Shown: in pieces, positions 47,301 to 59,442 of the stretch
How positions within the stretch are numbered: position 1 is the first letter of the stretch
Layout of the letters: every line of letters starts with the position of its first letter
NCBI GenBank assembly: GCA_026026165.1
Contig: JAPEUD010000032.1
Coordinates: 62,001-126,000 of the forward strand
Reading direction: 5' to 3'
Length of the DNA stretch: 64,000 nt
Source of the DNA: Sarea resinae
Lineage: Eukaryota
Translations under genes and position numbers: made by a program
The notes under the pieces: generated by a model
What the model was told of the DNA's origin: nothing
The model's input: the letters and a program-made list of their open reading frames with translations, nothing else
The model's database searches: none

Positions 47301-48619
47301 GTGTCGAGAACCTAGCAGAAGATAGCCAGTCTAGCTTCTCAATCTCTTCCTTGGCTGTATCACAGTCAGTATAGAATGAATAATACAACGTAGCAATTCA
47401 TACTCAGTGCCTCCTTCTTCATCGTCAAGATTTCCACGATTACTTTCTCTATCTGGTCTAGAATGGCATCTGCTTGTGCTTCAATCTTGCGGGACTCTTC
47501 TTTTTGACCTTGATTTTTGTGAGAACAGAATTGACCAGGCGTATTCGGCTCACTTACACTGATGCCCAATCAATCCAGTCCAATTATTGACAATGTTCGC
47601 TTTCTGCTCAATGACAGATTTCAGTTTCGTAAGCGGCTGATCCACCATTGACACTATGCCGTGGAGCACACGTTCTTTGTTCTGTCAGTCTAGATCTGGA
47701 TACACATTACCAGGAAGCTCTCACTCATAGGACCAACATTACTCTCCTCCAATACAGTCGCCGTATAATCGAGAATGGCCTCATAGACATCAATGATGAC
47801 ATCCTCAAGTTGCGCCATGTCTTTCAATTTGGAATCCCTGTATTCAATTTCGACCCTGGCATAAAAGACGAGGGTTTGTGCGAGGAACTCAGATGCCTCA
47901 AAGGTAGCATCCAGTCGGTCGTTATCATTCTTGACCATCTATTTGGAATTTAGCTTCAGCATCGGACGAAATGTCAGGCTGACGTACCGCCAGTCCGAGA
48001 GAGACAACGGCCCAGGCACTTGATACTATTTTGGTTCAGCCAAGGCACTCCATCGGAGCCTGAACGTAGAATTACCATGCCCGGTAGGATCAAATTTGAG
48101 AGCAGCATCTATTATACCCTTGAAATCTAATGCAGAGCTCAAAATACTTTTGGCAGTATCACGGACGTTGATTTCACCTTTTCCGTGACGTCTGCTGATC
48201 TTGAAGCTTCCTTTTCGGTATTCGTCGTATTTCTTTTTTGTCTGTTCGACTACTTGCGTGACGATGTCCGTAGCTGATGATGGTTGGCCTGAGGTATTGA
48301 TTTGTTGTTTTTGTAAGATGCCCTTCGAGTTGTCGTCCAACTTCTCAAAGGCAACCTCCCAGAGATCTCTGGGTGCGTCATCTTTTGGAGCCTCAACTCC
48401 ACTGCCCACGGGATCCGCATTTGTAGGAGCGTCACGCGTGGCCCGCTCGCCTTGACCTTGGATACCGATATCTTGACTCGGATCAGGCTCTGGTTGACGC
48501 TGAAAGCCCTGCTCCGATGACGACGTAGCTCGCGCGCCATGCTCCTTGGGGGCCTCTGCAGGTCTCCTTAAATGTTTCCACTTTGCGTGAAGTTTCTCGA
48601 AAATTTTGCTCTCAGGCAT
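44166..48619 (-). CDS. Fungal NLR-like protein: N-terminal helical domain, NACHT NTPase, winged helix, ankyrin and ~35-aa helical repeats; truncated by the hAT insertion
   Basis: DLWEVAFEKL N-terminal region; TGQWLL...WLNGV|SGCGKT (Walker A, assembled across a 25-nt exon at 47103-47127); YIAMDALDEC (Walker B); ILATSR, FRWAALQI, LPKSLEATY, KLAHFSVKEYL and PLYYASFLG; about 11 ITEEVVKAAA repeats. My spliced model has no stop before the transposon. Confidence 0.88.
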
Positions 48620-49099
48620 CGCGAGAAAAAGCGCTATAGCGTCAGGTCATGGGAAAAAGAGATGGACGGGACGCAAGAATGAACGACTTTGTTCGGCGAT
48701 GAGGGGGAGTGCGGCTGAAAGCGAAGCCTCGAAGCATTATCAAGCCCTCTGCCTGCATGAGTGGCGGTGGCAGGACATGTTGTGTGGAGGCACAGCAAGA
48801 CGTATGAGAAGACATGCCCATGTTAGCGGCAGGTTGTCTCAGACAGCAGAGCAGCAGAAGAAGATACTATGATAATACCAATCGATTGACAGTGTCAAAA
48901 GGGCAGCTCATGAAGAAGCAAACAAAGTATTTTTTGGGGATTGGTTGAGGGTTCAGACCATCCCAGACTATTGTGACCGGCGGTGGAAGGCGGCACGCCA
49001 TTTGGACTACTACAGTAGAGCTGATCTGATTAGATCCTAGATCATAGATCATCGAATGTCTACCATAGGTATGTTTCGATAATTCTTGTCCACCTCGCC

Positions 49100-50030
49100 A
49101 TCTCATTCACTAGATTTCAGCGATACCACTAATAATCTCTAATTTTGCCTATAACACAACCAAAATCAAAGGAGATGCTTGGTTCTTTTATGATACTCTT
49201 ATCCTGCCCTAGCTCCTAGCCATAAATCATTATATAGGCCGATTAGTGGCGACAAACTCTAAAAATACGCCGGAACACGTCAAATTACTGTGTTTATTGC
49301 CTTATTTTAGCATGGCTAGGAAACAGCTATTAACCTCCGCAAATTCGCACTCAACTAGGGGCCTCTAGGGTCGCCAGAATTTAGGAGACAGCAGTCCTTA
49401 GTATCACTAATAATCACTATTTTGCACCTCTATAGTATTCTCGCTCGCTGCCTGCCTATATATGCTTAAGATTTTGCACCTCCTAGCATACTTCTAGATC
49501 ACTATATACTCGGAATAATCTAGCAGGGCCTAAAAAGTTTTTAATATTCTAGGATATAGAGAGAACATTCTTATAGCTAGTTTCTTATTATCTAATTTCT
49601 TATTATCTAGTATAAAGTTAAGATAGTTCTAAGATACTTATATAGTTAGAGATTATATACTGCTTGTAGTATAGTCTCCTTAGAGATAGTTACTGTATTA
49701 GCTATTACTTTATATAGCTTGTGTACCTTAATACAGACCTGAATGATGCAAATTCAATGATTCTATTTATCACAAATAGAAGATATATGCTAATCCTAAA
49801 TTGTTTTCAAGATACAGAGCTTCTCCCTTAATTCTAGTGGTGGTATAGGCAAACCAGTAGAATTTGCTAATATCTAGTTCATTGAGAGTAGGTGGCAGGC
49901 GAAATCAGCGAGGTGTCAAGAATTAGCAAACAGTGAGTAAATAGATATACAAAAACTGTAATTTCTCAACTATAGAACGATTAGATGTCCTAAGCATTGT
50001 CCCAAATCCTAATTCCCTAGCTGCCACTCC
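49100..50030. other. AT-rich, TpA-enriched segment, probably a RIP-degraded repeat relic
   Basis: Abrupt drop in GC content, abundant TAG/CTA/TATA and no ORFs of 60 aa or more. The family is not recognisable. Confidence 0.55.
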
Positions 50031-50301
50031 GACTGCCTCTCCGACTCCTACTGCCACTACCACTGCCACTCCAACTGCCAGCTTCCAGCGGCAAGGACGT
50101 GGTTTCTGACGCCGTTCTTTGAGTAATCGGGCCTCACCATCACCAATCCAATAGGCATCATGATAAAAGTCCGGAGGATGACAACGACGGTGAACGTGTG
50201 GCCATCAAGGCCGAGGAAGAGGACGAAAAGGCAAGAGAAGTATTGCCAAGCAAGACCTATATAGCAGTGACATAACAAGAACTCTCCCCGACACCATTCC
50301 T

Positions 50302-52685
50302 TCAAGCCGAGTGAACACCACCTCCCGCCCAACCCCTCCCGGTCCCACGCATCTCCACCTCCCTAAATCCGCCCAATTCCATCTCTACCTCTCGATCCTC
50401 GCCACCACCACCACCACCACCACCTGCATCATACTCATCGAAATCACCCTCCACAAAGATCTCATGCCCACTGCCCTCCCTCACAAACCAGGCGACCGCG
50501 GCCCCGAGCGCAGCAACAGCAGCGGTGCCCCACCAAGCGCCGCCGACGCCCCAACCGACACCCTCGTCGCCTGCCTCCCGCGAAGCCTTCAAGCCGGCGC
50601 CGAACCAGCGGCCCACGACGACGGGCCCCAGCGTTCGCGCGACCGACGACACGGACTGCCCGAGGCCGTGCACGGTGCCCAGCACGCTCGGGTGCGGCGA
50701 GCAGTTGTTCAGCAGGATGATGCTGGTGGGGAGGCTGAAGGTGCGCGCGCCGACCTGCAGGCCGACGATGGCCACCAGGCCCGCCCAGACGAGGAAGCCG
50801 GATGCCGCGCCCGGTGCGGGCGTCGAGGAGGGTAGGAATCCTATTAGAGGTGCTAGCGCGTAGGCGGGGATGAAGAAGGGGAGTGAGAGCCGGTAGGACA
50901 GCGTGGTGCCGAGGAGAGCGTGCAGGGGTGGGTAGAAGAGGAGCTGCAGCGGGAGACCGAGGATGCCGAGGAGCGAGGTGGCGAGTCCTACTAGGGGTGG
51001 AGGGAGGGCCAGACCGCCCGAAAGCGGGGAGGAGTTCGTGGGGCGCGGGGTGGAGAGGAAGAGGAGAATTAGGTTGTTGAATGCGCTTTTTGGTATTTGT
51101 TAGCTACGTTGTGTGCGGCAGGGAGATATTGTGACTAGGAGGATTTTCAAGGGTGGTTCGAGGTTGGGGATATGAGGAAAGGGGACTAAAAGGGCTTCAC
51201 GCACCCCATATGGAAATCAAAAAATGCCTGCGCAAGCAACGTGCAAAGAACATTCTTCGTCCAGATTCTCCTTAGAGGAAGCTGGGGCCTCCTTCGCGGT
51301 TTCTCGTTCAAGATGGGCGAGACCAGCGGCGCGTCTTCGGGGATCGACGACGTCTGCAGCGCCGAAGTGCCGCTGGAGTTATTTGGGTAGTTAGAGGTGG
51401 CAGGCTTAGGCTCGTCGAGCTCGAGCTGAGTGTAGGCGTGTGACGAGGTCGTTTGCTGGTAGGATGGCGTGGTCGGGTAGGAAGACGAGGAAGGGTCGAG
51501 ACGGGACAGGAGTTGGCTGACGCGTTGGGTGATGTAGATGCCGGAGTCGAAGTGATATTTGCGAGATTCAAGAGTCTGGCTAAATATTAGCTTTCATTCG
51601 TTGAATGAAGGGTGCTTGATGGGTTCTTTGATTCCTGGTCTGGAATGTTTTAGGGGACTTACTTCTTCCAATGCTAGATAGACACTTGTTGCGGTTAGGA
51701 ACAGCATAATACTGCATATGATACTCGGGAGAGCGTAGGGGAACGCGCTCATCCATCGAATGCCACTTTTACCGCCGAAAGCCGAATTGGGACCGAAAAG
51801 ACTTGGATAGTTGGTCGTTGGATTGACGAGGAGGCCGCCCATCACTTTGCGTAGGTCAGCCTCCGATAGAGGATCAGAGAGGGGAAGAAATACCTGGTCC
51901 GAACAGAGCAGCTATGTTGAAGGATACAGGAAGGATCAGGAAAGCTCGAGATTGGTATCTGGGACAAGGATAAGTATAGAGGTATGCAAAGGTTCTAGAG
52001 AGAGCAGACTTCTTTTCTCTGATAATCTCCGCTATCATAGTCCGACTACAGGAAAAATCAGCTTTACGATTCCCAAGCTCTAATCTACGAACACCAAAAC
52101 TCACATGATCCCAACGGTGCCATTGATTGCCCCCCCAAATGTTCGAAATATCACAGCCTGTGCAAACGTGCGCGAAAATCCCAGTCCGATGCACGACAAG
52201 CCCGTGCCCACCAGCCCAATGAGCAAAACACGTTTTCTGCCTCCCCATCTCGCATCCGCAACCCTCCCCCACAAGATCGCCGTCGCAAATTGCGCCGCCG
52301 TGAAACTGCCCTGCAGGACTCCGGCCTGCCAGCTGATCTTCGAGTCCGGCAGCGTCTCATCGAACGATTTGAGCTGATAGAACATGTACGCCTGTAGGCT
52401 CGCGACCTGCAGGAAATCAAAAAGCCGCGAGAGAAACAACAAGGCCAGTTGACCCTTCCGAGGCAACGAGAGCCATGTCACGGGGGTTTGCTTGGGCGCC
52501 TTGCCCTCGGCGTCGGCGGCGGGGGGAGGGCTGCTGGGGATTTCCAGAATCTCGTCACGCCCGGACATGCTGCGTCTCAGCTGGAGAGAATCATGGCGCC
52601 GGCTGAGGCCATAGTCGGTGCTGATCTTTCGGGAGGTAGAACGAGAATGCTTGAATGACGATGCATTCTGCCCAGCGCCGTCCAT
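50302..52685 (-). CDS. MFS transporter (DHA1/TetA-like, ZIFL-type)
   Basis: TPVTWLSLPRKGQLALLFLSRLFDF, motif A (WGRVADARWGGRKRVLL), RTMIAEI, YQSRAFLILP, FPYALP, RIWTKNV and LNNCSPHPSVLGTVHGLGQSVSSVARTLGP. About 6 exons; the exons I translated are in frame. Confidence 0.92.
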
Positions 52686-53762
52686 CTGCGGAAGACAATG
52701 ATATAGTCCTTCTTGAAAAAGTTGGCTTTCAGCTACCTGAGTTAGCAGTGACCACAGGAAACCCGCTAACGGTACAGAGCTCTGGCTGGAGACGCGTAGA
52801 CAAAAAGGCGAAGCCCAAAGAACGAAAGGCAAAAGGCCAAAAGACAAATCAAGACATGAGGCGCGAAAACGGTGTCCCCAACCGACCACAGTAGAGCAGC
52901 CCTTTTCGACACCTTTGACGTCGCCGGCGGACGTGCAGGGGTCCGGTCGCTGCCCGCCGTCTCTACCTCGAATGCTACCATTATTTGCATAACTTATCAA
53001 AAATGGGATGCGACGGCGTCATCGCCATGCGAGACGAGTCTCCACTTGCCCTTAGCACTTTTAGGGCGCGGCGGGCCCCTGGCGGCGCCACGAACGCCAA
53101 GAATGCCACGAATGCCAAGACCGCCAAGCGGACAACGCGCGGCGCCGTCGCGCGTCAGACCCAAATGCCATGCTCCACCTATCAATGTATCAATGAAGCC
53201 TATGAGACTTTCGATTTTCGAGCGGACGTGGACGTCAGGCAGACCGCGTCAGCACCTGTAGAGGGTTTGCTTGGCGATAATGTTCGGAGTCTCCACGCTC
53301 TCGTGAGAGGTCCAAAGAAGTACGTAAAATATGCTGTACTCGTCTGAGGTGTCAAGCTTTTCCGATGATTGCCCATTGGGAACGGGATCACTTAGAGGGA
53401 GTGATGCACGTCGATACCAGCGATTACAGATTATTGACGGGGCGTGCCCTGTACGACTGTGTCGTGTGTAGCCACCGGGGACTCGAACAATGTTTGAATT
53501 CTTCCCCGGCGTCTGCGGACAGAAGACAGAACCTCTGAACTTGGAAACCACAGTGCCAACGACAAGAATCAGAATCAATCGATATCCTATTATACTTTTT
53601 ATTGCGTGTGAACCCGGGATTTGGGTATATCTCATCGTCTATGTAAGAAGTAAACACCTCAGTTTTCCCACCTAGATTGATACCATGCAAATGCAACAAT
53701 GCCCCCCCTCCCAAAGAGACGAGTGAAATATTCGTGCCAGAAATGCATGCACACGACCACCG

Positions 53763-55781
53763 CTAGAACGATACCAACAGGACAGCCACCACTCCCGCCA
53801 ACGCCACAGCCCTGATAATCCATTTCCACATCAACCAGCTCGTCCCCGCCGAAGTAGTCACATCGTCTGTATCTTCTTCAACCTGTATATCAGGAACACC
53901 ATCACCGTTAGTGCCCTGTATTTCGTCGGCCTTCGTATCGGTTTCTGGCTCCCCTACCTGCTCCTCTTCTGGCTCCCCCTCCGAGGCCGGTGGGGGATTT
54001 GTTAGAACGTCGTCAAACTCTAGCTGTGTCGCAACGCCGCAATCTCCGTCGTCACAGAATGCACTCAGCGATTCGGAGGGCACAAAGACAGGGACGATGG
54101 ATGAATTGCGAAGGGACTTTCCATAGACATCCACAGCTTCCGCGAAGACAAAGCCAAGTGGTCCCGTTCTCTCATCATCGCCGACATCGGTGTACTCGGT
54201 CTCGAAACCCTGCTTGCGGACATAGGTTCCAGGGCTAAAGGGGCCTGTGCGGTTCTCCGCGGTCCAGAAACGCCACCAGCGGACCTCCGTAGCGCCATTC
54301 CATGAGGTATAGAAGGAAGTTGCGGTGTCTGGTTTCCGGTCGTGGGCGTAGGCGTAGATGGCCGGAGAGTCGTGCGGCTCTGCAGTCCAGTTGAACCTAA
54401 AGGCACGATAGTTCATCGTCCATTGGGTTTTGAGTGAAGCAAAGAAGATGGGCGGGCCATCGGGGAGGTTCTCCGATACGGAAGGGAGGTTGCCCCAGTT
54501 GAGGAAGGCATGGGAATTAGGGAGGAGTTGGAAATTGCCTTGGGATGAAGATAGGAAAGGTCTATTATCCACCTCCACATCGGCATTTCCGGGGTCAGAG
54601 ACAGGGAACGTTGGGGAGGCGTAGGAAACGAGAAGCGTGGCCGTTTTATGGATGTGATCGAGAGCGATGATTTGACCTGTAGAAAAAGGAGCGGTGTTGT
54701 TGAAGCCATTGGAGGCGTTGTTGAAGAGGGTCAGAATGGTCGTTGTGGCGTTTGATTTGGACCGGTGCAAGCGCGCGTGGTGCTGTTGTGAGAAAGAGAA
54801 ATTGATAAGGTGGAAATCAGAGTTTGCGCCATTGAGGCGCCAGATTATGGAGCCGTCCTTGCCCGAGATGAGGTAGACGCACGATGTGTGGCGCGAGGAG
54901 ATCAGATAATCCCCGTCTGCGTTCTTGTCAATTGAATTGATGTGGAAGTAGTCCCATGGCGTGCCCTTGCCCAGGCCGTCTCCAGATGTGTCAGTCGAGC
55001 CGGGAAGAGTGTAACTGTCAGACGGATCGACGTGGTCGAGTGAGCGCCATTCGAAAATCACCTCGCTAGTTGTGACATTAACTTCTTGAAAGATGCTCTC
55101 CATGATCCAACCTAGCCCGCTCTTCACACCAAACGCGCTGAGGTCGTATTGCCGTTGCCGGTAAACCGTCATGAGGGCTGTTTCGCCGCCATTGGCGAGA
55201 TTGAACTCGTGCATGTCGCTGGGTGGAACTCCTCCACCGGCTTGCACGGAGTTCACGATTCGATAATGATTATCCATGATCACCCCATGCCCTCGCGCAT
55301 AGCCCTTTTGCTGATTCCCTTGGAAGAAACATAGGTGGTTGGCGCCTCGATAGTCGCAAACGTGGATGCCATGAACATTGGCAGCGCCGGAGACACCCCA
55401 ACCGCTCCAGACGAGATCCTAGAGACTTCAGCACGACCGTTCCCATGTAAGCTCCAGAGCATTTCGTACCCCATTATTGTCGTAGATGTACGGCCCCGGG
55501 TTTTCCAACTCGTATGGTGCTATGAAGATATACCCCGGAGTGACCAGGTCAGCATCGTTGAGTGTGACATCGAGAATAGGTGCGCTCAAATCAGGTCTCT
55601 AGGATAAGGAACGTTAGATCGGCACAAAATCATTTCATCTGTTCGTTCCACTCACAGAACGAAAGAATGTCACTTCCTGGGCCCATGTCCGGGTTATGAG
55701 GACATCGATAACGATAAGAAATATAGGAAAGCCCCAGAAGAAGGGACGGAATAAAGGAGAGACATGAATATGAAAAGTCAT
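53763..55781 (-). CDS. Arylsulfotransferase (ASST, PAPS-independent), with signal peptide and C-terminal membrane anchor
   Basis: Exons ~55781-55656, 55598-55470, 55418-53763. Hydrophobic N-terminus ending TWAQ, then FRSRPDLSAP, PGYIFIAP, GPYIYDNNG, DMHEF, WDYFHINSI, ISSRH, QQHHAR, SSQGNFQ, NYRAFR and SWNGATEV. An acidic linker precedes the terminal TM (WIIRAVALAGVVAVLLVSF). Confidence 0.9.
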
Positions 55782-56858
55782 GGATCAAAGCATCAGGGCA
55801 GATAGCCGCGAGAATTGCAAGATCGAATCAGTCCCAGCACGGGACCTTTCTATGCTCTGCCTCCGATATGAACAGGCAGCACGATTACAGCCAAAGACAG
55901 CACTTTTTGGTCAAATCATCCTAGCGCCAAGCCAAGTCGTCGAGTCGCCGACGCGTCCCTAAGGTGCATATCTCGGGGAAGATCGAAGGAGACGAAGGGC
56001 AATTGTTGGGTTGTTTCGATCCGGTCAGTAGCAATCAAGGGTTCGAAGTGGATCAGGCCTATTAGCGCTGCTAACAGGAAGAGGCTCTTGGCACCTGTAC
56101 CACTCGTACAGCCGTCAATCATCGAGGCGGATTGTCGAGACTGCGTCATGCCCACCATTACCCCTGGGCCCTTGCTGTACGGATTAGCCTGTCTCGACAA
56201 GCACGGGGCCGTGGGCCGCGTCAGTGGGCTACTCAGAGTATGTACTGCGAATACTTCAGTAAGTGGAGACCCGCGAGAAAGAAAAGCCAAATGAGAATGG
56301 ATCGTAAAGTGAATTGGCATAGCGGGTGGGCTGCGGGGGTTGCCTGATACCACATGTTAGTACTTGGTACAGTAATAGAGAGAGGTGCAGGGTAACGGCC
56401 ACTAAGCGCTACAAGCCACGACATGCCCTGAACCCGACATCCGCGTTAAATCCGTAAAGGTCAGTGATCAACAGGGGAAGTGCGCCATCGCCGCACTTGG
56501 TAGGAACCAGCAACCATGGCGGCAGGGGAGGTGGGGGGCCACCCACGGTCCACCGTCGCAAAGACTCTCCTGGAATGGCGCATGGTCGAACAAGATAGGA
56601 GATTGCTAGAGTAGTACGTAGGATATTTGCGCGAGGTGGACCTGTCCACATGATGTCTACAAAGTACAAAAAAAACCAGATCTGTTCTGCCGCCCAGTAC
56701 GCCCCCCAGTCGTCTAGGATAAGTGGTAGACAGACATGCACGAAATGAAATCCCGTAGGCAAGCAATGTATGCCGTCCCAGATCCGACCTGTCACACCGA
56801 AAATGCCGCTTCCAGAGAGCGCAAAGACAAAAAAGAGAAACGAAAAGAAAAGTTGAGA

Positions 56859-57888
56859 TCAGGCAGAGAAGCTCTTGTAAGCCCTGGAGAGAGCATATAG
56901 ACCACCGAGTAGAATGCCACCGTAGAGAGCGAAGCGCAAAGCTGCATTGCACATTTGCATCCTATTCCGCCATCGACATCGTTCCTTGAAGCCGGCCGTA
57001 TCGTTGCAGCGTGGGAACTTGACGCACGGAATGTCCTCACCGAGGAAGTCACAGAGTGGTCCCCAGCCGTCACTGATCTGGTACTCCAGCAGGTTCTCTG
57101 GCGGTACCATGTCGCGGACCTCCTTGTAGTGTCGTTTGTAGATTTCCTTGCCTTTATTCGGAAAATCGCCTTCGAAGAATGTGTCGAAGAACTTCTTCAG
57201 CATGGGGTAGTACATGCTTGCACCCCAACTGACGTACGAAGCAATGCGAAGTTCAGGATCGCATACGCGCCACCAGACTGTTTTCATAGTAGATCTGTTT
57301 CTTCGGTCAGATATCTCCGGATGTAAGTTTTAGACATTGCGCATCTGGCTCTTACGCGTGCCATGAATCCAAATCCCGACCAATCAAGACAACTTTTGCG
57401 TTGGGATATGCTTCAATGAGCTCCTTAGCAAATGCAGAAGCTGGCCAGTCGCAGAGAGCCTAGAGCAAGGCTAGTCAGCGTTGAAGTAGAAGCCATCGCA
57501 TCAGAGAAGAGGTACCTGGCAGTGACCTAGCAGCTGGTCCCAATCCTCTCGTGTGAACTTCCCAATACCGTCATATTTTGCAGCAAATGCATCTTGCCAC
57601 ATTAGACAGTCCGGAGGATTCTCAACGCTGGCGTTCATCATGTGGTACGTGTCAACATAACCCAGTTGGCGCAGGGCGGCACGCATTGCTGTTGGACGAG
57701 GCTTTGTATCAGCGGACGATTCCACAGCTCGAGGATCCAATTCACGTACATGTCGTTCCGGTCCTGCCCAGTCCTAAGACAAGCACTTTCATCGGTACCA
57801 CCCGATGGCATTCTCGGCGATTGATGTTGGTATCACTTGTGAAGATGTCCGTGATCGGTTTGGAAGTATAGTTTCGAGAGAAAGCCAT
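56859..57888 (-). CDS. P-loop sulfotransferase (Sulfotransfer_4-like family), C-terminally anchored
   Basis: Spliced protein MAFSRN...MKVLVLGLGRTGTTSMRAALRQLGY..TYHM, DWDQLLGHCQALCDWP, YPNAKVVL..RDLDSW, HYKEVR..VPPENLLEY..DGWGPLCDFLG..P...FPRCN, ending in hydrophobic ALRFALYGGILLGGLYAL. Four exons. Confidence 0.88.
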
Positions 57889-59442
57889 GCTCAACAAAAG
57901 TGTAATAAATTGCTCTGGTGTCTAAGATCTCGAAGCTTTGGCTATTGAAAGGAGTGACGACTGAATTGAAAGAAAGATGGATATAACGATTGACAGATTG
58001 ATAAATTGACAGTATGATGGTTTGACAGCTTTTGACAGGGCTTTGACAGCGGCCTAAAAAAGCTGAGCACTTTGACTTAAGAGACGGCCCCAATTGCCAA
58101 GAGAGCCCGATAAGGCTTATCGTTGCCATTTTCGACGGCCACTGCGAGCACCTACGTAACGACGTGCGCAGTCGTTCTTGGCGCGAGACATTTCTTAAAC
58201 CTGTAGCTACCGAGATAACATGTGGGGTCAGTAGTTTCGGACCCTCGAACCATGTTCGGTATTCCTGCACTCGTCAGCGAGAGACGTACGCTGATCAAGC
58301 GGCCTCTATTCCTAGACAACGGAGAGACGCAAACCAAGAACTATCCTTCAAGTTCCTTGGCAAAGGTCGAGAATTCGCAACTGTCAGAGGCTGAGATGTT
58401 CATGTGGAGAAAGTTTCAGGGGATGATATTGAAACGAGTCAGGCGGACGGCTTGGGATAAAGCGACAAACTTGACAACGGTAGACCATGAGAGGTGACGG
58501 CGGTACGCCAGAGAGCTAGAGACTAGTGCCCTAGCTCTTAGTGGGTGAACCATGAACCGGACCCCATATGGGTGAAATTGGAATGAAAAGGAGGAACACC
58601 GAAGCAGTCTTCCGATTGTGGGTGCCCTCGATCCGATCTGTCAGTTTAGTCATATCAATGCCCGGCCACGAAGGTTGCCAGCCATTATTTCTCGTCCACA
58701 AGCGATTGTTGGTCCTCGTATGATCTGTCATGTTGGAGGCCCAAGAAAGAAGGAGTGTATTCGTACTCGTCGCAGCCGCCTGCTGCTATCAGTGCGGACC
58801 GAGGCATGTAAAGGAATTGGTTATCCCGAGTTTCATAAGGGAGACGTCTGACATCTCGTCGTTGCATTATCGTCCCGTCCGTCGGTGGCCTTCGACACTG
58901 TCTTCGGTGGCCGTGCGGTACGAAGTTACACAAACGTCCGGCATGGTAGAGCTGCAGCACCCTCTTGCTTTCTGTGCGAGCAAATGAGGGCAAAGTCGCA
59001 CAGAGAAGACGGTGATATGAGAGGAGAAAGAAAAGGCTCAGAGAGCAAAGGGCGCGGTGGGATTCTTATATCCCCACACTCCCCGTATCGATGTTCGTAT
59101 AACGATAGTTGAGGCCTGCATGGCGTGCTTCCTTGGCCTGTTCTGGTGTGGTTGCCTGGCTTCAATGCTGCCTTAGAGCGGCACTGCATCAGCGGAAAAA
59201 GGTGTGGCCGGGCAGACAGGAAGACAGTCATTTCGGAAAAACATTGCGCCAGAGGCCCCTTCACGTGTAGGCGGCATTCCGACCGATAGAGGGGCAATTG
59301 ACCTTGAATGCAGCTCATCATCACGAATCCAAGCCCCACCTACGTCAAAGACAACAGAGTCTCCACGACCGCCCCTGGAGAGTTCCTACGATATTCTTAT
59401 CCGAGGCGCCACTGTAGTACCACGTTCACCACAACACTCATC

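Noticed and set aside
48370..48619. Possible amyloid signalling motif at the NLR N-terminus with an adjacent effector gene
   Set aside because: The N-terminus is charged and Pro-rich, without the N/Q/G-aromatic pattern of HET-s, PP or sigma motifs, and no HeLo/HET/gasdermin-like neighbour is visible.
39000..58000. Starship or other giant mobile element carrying the NLR and sulfation genes
   Set aside because: No tyrosine-recombinase captain gene or boundary repeats are seen in the window.
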